Position numbers and translations under genes: made by a program. Below are positions 58,587 through 64,000 of a stretch of DNA of 64,000 nt, piece by piece. Every line of letters starts with the position of its first letter. Position 1 is the first letter of the stretch. The notes beneath the pieces were generated by a model. The model worked only from the letters and a program-made list of their open reading frames with translations. It was not told where the DNA came from and did not search any database. This DNA is from Eubacteriales bacterium. Lineage in GTDB: Bacteria; Bacillota; Clostridia; Christensenellales; Aristaeellaceae. The stretch is taken from positions 1,729 through 65,728 of the forward strand of contig JAXEEE010000058.1 in NCBI GenBank assembly GCA_034104265.1. The letters run 5' to 3'.

Positions 58587-59866
58587 GTCCATCCTCCCCT
58601 CTTCACAGGGATTTCCACCCTCAGGGCAAATTCCGGCGCACTCTGCACATGCATGCGTCCGCCTGCGTCCTCTACCAGTGTGCGCAGGGCAGACAGGCCT
58701 CCGCCCTCCCGGATCTCCCCCTCCGGCGGCCTGCCGTCGTTGGTCAGGACGGCGCAGACCCATCCGTCACGTTGGGTCATGCGGATACGCAGCTCCGTGC
58801 CTCCGGCATGGCGGACGGTGTTGGTCAGGCATTCATGGGCAGCGCTGCAGATCAGCGGCATCCACGCCGCGTCAGGCGGAATCGCGTCCCCCTCCACCGC
58901 AATGTGCACGCCGATGGCCTTTGCCGCAGCAATCAGCCCATCCAGGCTGTTCTGCGCGCTGCCTGTCCCATCCGCGCCTTCCATCAGGGCCAGGCTTTTC
59001 CGCCAAAGCCGCAGCACCTCCGTCCGCTGCGCGGTACCCGAGGGCATCGCCGTCAGGCGGCGGGCCGCCAGAAGCGCCTGTCCGAAGACATCATGAATGC
59101 GCACCTTGGCTTCAAGGGCTTCCTTCTCCCGGGTTAAGCGGCGGATCTGTCCGCTGTAGCAGCGGAGACGGCGGTTCATATCCGCAAGGCGCAGATTCTC
59201 CTCCTGCAGACGGAGGTTCATCTCATGCTCCTGTGTCACGTCCGAGGCGATGATCTGTACCGCGGCTTCCCCATCCACATGGATGCTCCGGCGCTCAAAG
59301 CGCCACACCCGCCTGTCCGGCGTTCTGACCAGAGGCGCGCCGCCGGTGGACATGACCTCCGCGTCCGGCAGCACATCCCCCGTCTCCAGCCTGTGCCAGA
59401 ATTCCTCGCCGTTCATCAGCGGAGAGCCTGTCAGCGACAGGCACAGGTTCTGCATCCGTTCGTTCACCAGCCGGGTCAGGCCGTCCCGCACATAAAAGCA
59501 CAGCCCCGCAGGCAGCTGGTCAAGGCCTTCCTTGACGGAGGTCTGGGACAGATGCCGCCTGTGCCACCGCAACAGCAGGGCCAGCATCCCTGCGCACCAC
59601 ACGGCCAGCAGCAGCGCAGCGACCAGCCAAAGCCACAGCGGCGTCTGCCAGAGACCATGCGTGGTCACGCCCCGCTGCATGTCGTCCAGCATCCCGTACA
59701 GCAGAATGAAGCAGGCAAGCGCGGGCGATGCGCAGCCCACCGTATACCGTGCGGGCGTGCGCCACAGTACCGCCATCATGGACGCGCACAGCCCCGCGCA
59801 AAGGATGATCAGCAGGGCCGTACAGCACAGTCCCCGCCCTGTACCGGACAGATGCATAAGCGTCAT
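58583..59866 (-). CDS. Sensor histidine kinase, HisKA_3/NarX-type
   Basis: Two or three N-terminal TM segments, an H-box (RIHDVFGQALLAA), an N-box (AHECLTNTVRHAG) and a G-box (NDG...GGGLSAL). Confidence 0.8.
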   Translation of the reverse strand: MTLMHLSGTGRGLCCTALLIILCAGLCASMMAVLWRTPARYTVGCASPALACFILLYGMLDDMQRGVTTHGLWQTPLWLWLVAALLLAVWCAGMLALLLRWHRRHLSQTSVKEGLDQLPAGLCFYVRDGLTRLVNERMQNLCLSLTGSPLMNGEEFWHRLETGDVLPDAEVMSTGGAPLVRTPDRRVWRFERRSIHVDGEAAVQIIASDVTQEHEMNLRLQEENLRLADMNRRLRCYSGQIRRLTREKEALEAKVRIHDVFGQALLAARRLTAMPSGTAQRTEVLRLWRKSLALMEGADGTGSAQNSLDGLIAAAKAIGVHIAVEGDAIPPDAAWMPLICSAAHECLTNTVRHAGGTELRIRMTQRDGWVCAVLTNDGRPPEGEIREGGGLSALRTLVEDAGGRMHVQSAPEFALRVEIPVKRGGWT

Positions 59867-61500
59867 GATGCGTCACCTGCCTTTGCCATGCGCAGGGTGA
59901 GAAAGAGCGTCCCGTCCTGCGACTCCTGCTCCATCCGGGCGCAATGCGCCTCAAGCCGCTTCTCCTCCCAGTCTGCGGGAAGAGAGGCTTTTGCGTCCTC
60001 CATGATCAGCCGCAGGGTTATTTCCTGCGCATCGGCGCGAAGGTTCACCATCAGCGCAGTTAGCTCCGGCAGCGCAGCCTCCACCGCTGCCTGACAAAAG
60101 TCATAGGCAAGGATGACAGCGGAGGGCGGAAGCTGCGCATCCCCCTGCTGCCGGAAACTCTCCGACACCCCCAGGGCCGACAGGTATCCAAGGGACTCGC
60201 GGATGCACAACGCCAGCTCCCGCAGCTCCATGGATGGCCCGGCCTCCTGCATCAGCGTCAGGTTGCACCGCCGCTTGACGTACGCGCCATAAACGCAGAC
60301 CAGCGCCATGCGGCGGTCAAAATCCGGCGAATCCGGGGTAGTGTCGGCCAGCAGATGGTCGATGGCATGCAGCTGCGGACGCACGGCAGGAAGCATACTG
60401 TCGTACAGGCGGTTTTGCTCCTCCAGCCGTGCCTGCTGCTGCCGAACCTCGTTCTCCGCCCGGACTAGCTCGTTTTCCTCGGCAAGCGTGCTCGCGGCGT
60501 CCTCCAGCATGCGGCGGATACGGTTGAGCTCCGCGACACTGTCCGTCCAGTAGATGCGGCCGCCGTGAATGCGATGGCTGTGCAGCCGCGTATCCTGATC
60601 CAGCGCCGCAGCGCCGTCGTGGGCGGTGGGCATCTGTGCCCTGGTCAGCGGTTGCGCGCCGGCGGAGCGAAACACAGCTTCATCCTGCTCATCGGCGATC
60701 TGCGCGGAAATGGTGGACGCGGCGAAGAATCCGCCGTAGTTCATGTTGGAAGGCACAAGGCCGATCTGAATGCAGCATTCCCACGTCACCATGAAGGTGG
60801 CGCAGAACATCTCCGGAATCTTGTATGCGGTGATGACGTTCAAAAAGCTCAGCAAGCTCAGCGCGAAGCCCGCCGCGAACAGCGTCCCCGGCAGCCAGAT
60901 GAACCGCCTGCCGCTGCGCACACGGCTTGCCCGGAACAGAACCACCGCGCTGAGCACCGTCATGCCCAGCATCCACGCGATGGCCAGGAAGTACACAGGG
61001 CCATGGGTGTAATCGTCGTTGCCTCCATCAGGCGAAAACCGGAAGGCCTGCTGATGCAGATCGTTGGTCATCACACCCAGAAACAGCAGCGCTGCTGGTA
61101 TCAGCAGCAGGTACCACGCCCGGGGTAGCGGCTGATCCTCCCTGCGGCCCAGGTGCAGCGCAGCCAGAAACGCCAGTGTGGGCGCAACCAGCTGCGGCAG
61201 ATAGTACAGATACCACAAATACCGCTGAATGGATTCAGAATCAAAGAAGCGATACTTGCATGTGCGAAGGAAGATCCACAGGGCTGCCATGCCCACCGCG
61301 GCCATCATCAGCCTGCGTACAGCCGTCTGCATGATCCTCTGCTGAATGGAGACGGCATAGCCCATGGCCAGGGTCATATAGATCACGCTGGTGAGCAGGA
61401 ACGTCAGCGCATGCCACCGGTCCGGCAGCACAGCGTCCGTCTCATGCAGCAGACCCGCCAGAAGGAACAGTCCTCCCGCCAGGAACAATGTCCCGCGCAT
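59863..61500 (-). CDS. 7TM membrane protein with a C-terminal coiled coil and a degenerate GHKL-like domain (candidate accessory sensor or pseudokinase)
   Basis: Seven hydrophobic segments in the first 300 aa or so. The C-terminus resembles SpoOB/AgrC-type kinase cores, but the N-box Asn position reads QAAVEA. The stop overlaps the kinase start (ATGA). Start is uncertain: 61500 follows AAAGGGAG, and 61554 is an alternative. The 61647 start in the track lies upstream of a terminator. Confidence 0.65.
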   Translation of the reverse strand: MRGTLFLAGGLFLLAGLLHETDAVLPDRWHALTFLLTSVIYMTLAMGYAVSIQQRIMQTAVRRLMMAAVGMAALWIFLRTCKYRFFDSESIQRYLWYLYYLPQLVAPTLAFLAALHLGRREDQPLPRAWYLLLIPAALLFLGVMTNDLHQQAFRFSPDGGNDDYTHGPVYFLAIAWMLGMTVLSAVVLFRASRVRSGRRFIWLPGTLFAAGFALSLLSFLNVITAYKIPEMFCATFMVTWECCIQIGLVPSNMNYGGFFAASTISAQIADEQDEAVFRSAGAQPLTRAQMPTAHDGAAALDQDTRLHSHRIHGGRIYWTDSVAELNRIRRMLEDAASTLAEENELVRAENEVRQQQARLEEQNRLYDSMLPAVRPQLHAIDHLLADTTPDSPDFDRRMALVCVYGAYVKRRCNLTLMQEAGPSMELRELALCIRESLGYLSALGVSESFRQQGDAQLPPSAVILAYDFCQAAVEAALPELTALMVNLRADAQEITLRLIMEDAKASLPADWEEKRLEAHCARMEQESQDGTLFLTLRMAKAGDAS

Positions 61501-61625
61501 ACAGCTCCCTTTCTGCGGCATAGCATCACCCTGTCTGTCAGCATTCTCCTTCATTATACATGCTGCCTGCAGGGATTGCAAGGCGGACAGGCGCAGGCCC
61601 TGACAGTAGCGCCGCCACCTCCAAC

Positions 61626-61661
61626 AAAAACGGGACAGAAACGGCATGCGTTTCTGTCCCG
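61626..61661 (-). terminator. Rho-independent terminator after the solute-binding protein gene
   Basis: On the minus strand: CGGGACAGAAACG, 5-nt loop, CGTTTCTGTCCCG, followed by TTTTT. Confidence 0.8.
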
Positions 61662-61675
61662 GCCCGGTATACGGC

Positions 61676-63211
61676 TTACTTCATGTAGGTGTCATAGATC
61701 GCCTGCGCCTCTTCCATGACTTCGCGGCCGCCGGCGTTCATCCACTCCTCCACCATCTTATCGAAATCATCGATAGGACGCTCGCCCTTGATGAGCTCCA
61801 TCACGTATTCATTGGTGATTTCATTCAGCGCGGTGGAATAGTTGTCCCACTTCTCACGAGCCACGGGGAAGCTGAGGGTGTAGAAGCCCTGCGCCGTGGC
61901 GAAGCCTTCCTTGTCACCCTCGCGGGCCAGCTCGGTGGCATACTTGTAGAGACGGTCGTTTTCGGGCTCCTGGAAGAAGGGAGAGATCTCGTTGGCTACC
62001 ATGTGGGCGGCAGGCGCAACGGATGCGCCTTCCTCAATGCGCACAGGCAGGCCGTTGCCGTCGATGGTGTAGCCGACGTTCTCCTCGCCGAAGTTGGCGG
62101 CCAGCAGCCACTGGGCGTCAAAGGAAACGGTATCGAAGATCTGCATGTACTTGGCAACCAGCTCGTCGGACACGTCGTAACCGAACATCATGCCGGCAAA
62201 GGGCGTGGCGGAGAACTGCTGGCAGCCGCGGCTGCCGTCCTCGCCCATCACACCGGCGGAAATGGCGAAGGAAGCGTTGGGGGTAATCTGCAGAAGGTCA
62301 GGCAGCATCCAGCTGTCGCCGTCGGGCAGGAAGTTCATGTAGAACTGCACGCCCATGCCGGCCCTGGAATTGTACAGGTCGCTGCGGAAGGCCTCCCAGT
62401 CCTGCTCCAGGAAGCCGGGCACGATGTAGCCGGCCTTGTACCAGCGGCTCAGCAGCTCGATGGCCTTCTTGGCATTGGGATCGGTATAGCCGTAGCAGAC
62501 CTGGCCGTCGCGCTCGTACCATTCGCCAAGCAGCACGTCGTAAGCCATGGTGACGCCGCTGGCTGCGAAGGAAACCCAGTTCACGCCCGTCAGGCCGTAG
62601 GTGTCATCCTTGCCGTTGCCGTCGGGGTCATCCTCGGTGAAGGCGCGCATGACCTCTTCGAACTCCTCGATGGTTTCCGGAACATCCAGGCCCAGGTTGT
62701 CCAGCCAGTCCTGACGGATGCCCAGCACATTCCGGTGCTGATCGCTGACGCGGGCGGTGGGGATGCAGTACAGCTTGCCGTCCTTCTCATACTTGGCAAT
62801 CAGGTCGCCGCCGAAGTCGGCAGCATACTTCTCGGCCCAGGCCGTGTAGTTGGGCATGTTTTGCTCGATCATGTCGCGGCTGATTTCACGAACCAGCCCC
62901 GCCTCGATGTAGCGGTCATAGTCGGACAGCATCAGGCCGCCGGACATATACACGTCGAAGCGGTTGCCTGCGGCGATCTCCTGGTCATACCAGGCACGCT
63001 GCTCGGCGCCGTTGCGGACAATGGGCTTGAGCGTAACGCCGAAGGTATCCTCCAGCTTGGTGCGGAACCAGTCGTCATCCGTCGGGGGATTGGTGTCGTC
63101 GAAGTACCACTCGATCTCCATGGGCGCGTCAGCCGCCAGCGCAACAGGCGTGAACGCCGCCGCGGTCAGCAGCATGGTCAGGGCAAGAACCAGACTCAGG
63201 ATTCGTTTCAT
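61676..63211 (-). CDS. Extracellular solute-binding protein of a carbohydrate ABC transporter (large family-1 type)
   Basis: Signal peptide (MKRILSLVLALTMLLTAAAFTPVALA). The 511-aa size and sequence are typical of oligosaccharide-binding proteins. Confidence 0.8.
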   Translation of the reverse strand: MKRILSLVLALTMLLTAAAFTPVALAADAPMEIEWYFDDTNPPTDDDWFRTKLEDTFGVTLKPIVRNGAEQRAWYDQEIAAGNRFDVYMSGGLMLSDYDRYIEAGLVREISRDMIEQNMPNYTAWAEKYAADFGGDLIAKYEKDGKLYCIPTARVSDQHRNVLGIRQDWLDNLGLDVPETIEEFEEVMRAFTEDDPDGNGKDDTYGLTGVNWVSFAASGVTMAYDVLLGEWYERDGQVCYGYTDPNAKKAIELLSRWYKAGYIVPGFLEQDWEAFRSDLYNSRAGMGVQFYMNFLPDGDSWMLPDLLQITPNASFAISAGVMGEDGSRGCQQFSATPFAGMMFGYDVSDELVAKYMQIFDTVSFDAQWLLAANFGEENVGYTIDGNGLPVRIEEGASVAPAAHMVANEISPFFQEPENDRLYKYATELAREGDKEGFATAQGFYTLSFPVAREKWDNYSTALNEITNEYVMELIKGERPIDDFDKMVEEWMNAGGREVMEEAQAIYDTYMK

Positions 63212-63279
63212 GGGAAAGCCTCCTTTTCAATTTATGTGAAGCCATCCGGCTCACACGACACAGTAAGGGTAACGGTTGG

Positions 63280-64000
63280 TCAGCTGTACAGGCTCGCATC
63301 CGCCGCGTCCTCAGGCATCCAGACTGTCATACGCTCCGTGCCGCGGTTGTTCCACACCGCGTAGGGAATCAGCATCACCCCCTGTTCATTCGTCAGTGTC
63401 ATCACGCCATCCAGCAGGTCAGGCCGGAATTGGCACAGGAAATGGCTGTCGCTCCGAATCCGCAGCGCATCCCAGTGCATGGGCTGATCCTGCGCCTCCG
63501 CACAGAATACAACGGGCCCGCGCATGACCGCCGCCTGGCCATGATCCTCCTGAACCCTCGCATGGGCATGCACCAGGCGTACGGGCATGTCCATCAGGGC
63601 CTCCACCGCATCGCCTGCGCACAGGCCGTGCAGGCACAGGTAGCCGTGACCGTCCGCTTCAGCAGCCACCGGCTGTCCATTCACGCGCAGGGTCATGCTC
63701 CTGCACCACTGCGGATAGCGGAAGCAAAGCGTGAACGGCTTCTCCGCCGCTTCCACCGTCACGGACACCTGACCGTTCCAGGGGTAATCCGTGCTGACCC
63801 GAAGGGCGACGTTACCTTCCGCCAGCTCCGCCGTGACCCGCGAGGAGCAGTACAGGTTGATGTAGAGTCGCTGCTCCTGCTGCGCGTACAGGTATCCGCC
63901 CACCGACGGGATGAACCGGGCCAGCTGCGTCGGACAGCAGGAGCAGTCGAACCAGGGCTGACGCGCCTTGCTGCCATCCGAAGAAAGCGGATTGTCGTAG
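63280..64000 (-). CDS. Glycoside hydrolase family 127 (beta-L-arabinofuranosidase-like), C-terminal part; the 5' end lies outside the window
   Basis: The frame stays open to base 64000. It contains WFDCSCCPTQLAR, which resembles the Cys-rich GH127 active-site region. Confidence 0.7.
   Translation of the reverse strand, partial: YDNPLSSDGSKARQPWFDCSCCPTQLARFIPSVGGYLYAQQEQRLYINLYCSSRVTAELAEGNVALRVSTDYPWNGQVSVTVEAAEKPFTLCFRYPQWCRSMTLRVNGQPVAAEADGHGYLCLHGLCAGDAVEALMDMPVRLVHAHARVQEDHGQAAVMRGPVVFCAEAQDQPMHWDALRIRSDSHFLCQFRPDLLDGVMTLTNEQGVMLIPYAVWNNRGTERMTVWMPEDAADASLYS

Overview
This is a GC-rich, densely packed chromosomal segment that looks like a spore-forming Clostridia genome (Oscillospiraceae/Ruminococcaceae-like). 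That taxonomic guess is inferred from gene content and synteny only. Most genes are housekeeping, and many pairs are translationally coupled through ATGA or TGATG start/stop overlaps.

Gene order, left to right:
- sbcD (3' end) and sbcC
- wecB and rfbD
- a minus-strand envelope cluster: ABC exporter, VanZ, LbH transferase, GtrB-like GT2, GtrA
- azlCD, a MATE pump, tex, an HI0933-type flavoprotein, tspO
- a tRNA m6A methyltransferase coupled to a giant SpoIID-SH3b protein
- the glycogen operon glgB-glgC-glgD-glgA
- spoIID plus an M23 (SpoIIQ-like) peptidase
- glmS, a second MATE pump, an ECF sigma/anti-sigma pair, DAHP synthase
- the conserved mrnC-(thyX)-rlmB-yacP-sigH cluster
- two tandem tRNA-Lys(CTT) genes and a ferredoxin
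- darA-holB-ricT
- a lower-GC decayed island (about 44.6-48.1 kb)
- a THUMP methyltransferase and a PNPOx-like protein
- DUF368 plus an L,D-transpeptidase-CapA fusion
- a lipoprotein plus a giant BspA-type LRR protein
- a coupled 7TM protein, histidine kinase and LuxR response regulator
- a sugar-binding protein and a partial GH127

I found no rRNA, CRISPR array, intact transposase or integrase, or recognisable defence system.

The observations most worth a second look:
1. A 15-codon Tyr/Phe-rich leader ORF (MLRRYFGYYYYVLFQ) with terminator and antiterminator hairpins sits upstream of DAHP synthase. This is a ribosome-mediated attenuator, an unusual mechanism for a Firmicute.
2. A recombination scar contains a phased array of 11-bp AGGGTGCAT repeats. 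It truncates a sensor kinase gene and fuses a Y-family polymerase fragment in frame to a sugar ABC permease.
3. GlgA and GlgB both carry the same basic C-terminal repeat motif, RKPRAKKAE. Similar charged low-complexity extensions occur on RlmB and RicT.
4. A 7TM protein with a degenerate GHKL domain is translationally coupled to a bona fide HK/RR pair.

Many very long antisense ORFs in the supplied track are high-GC artefacts.
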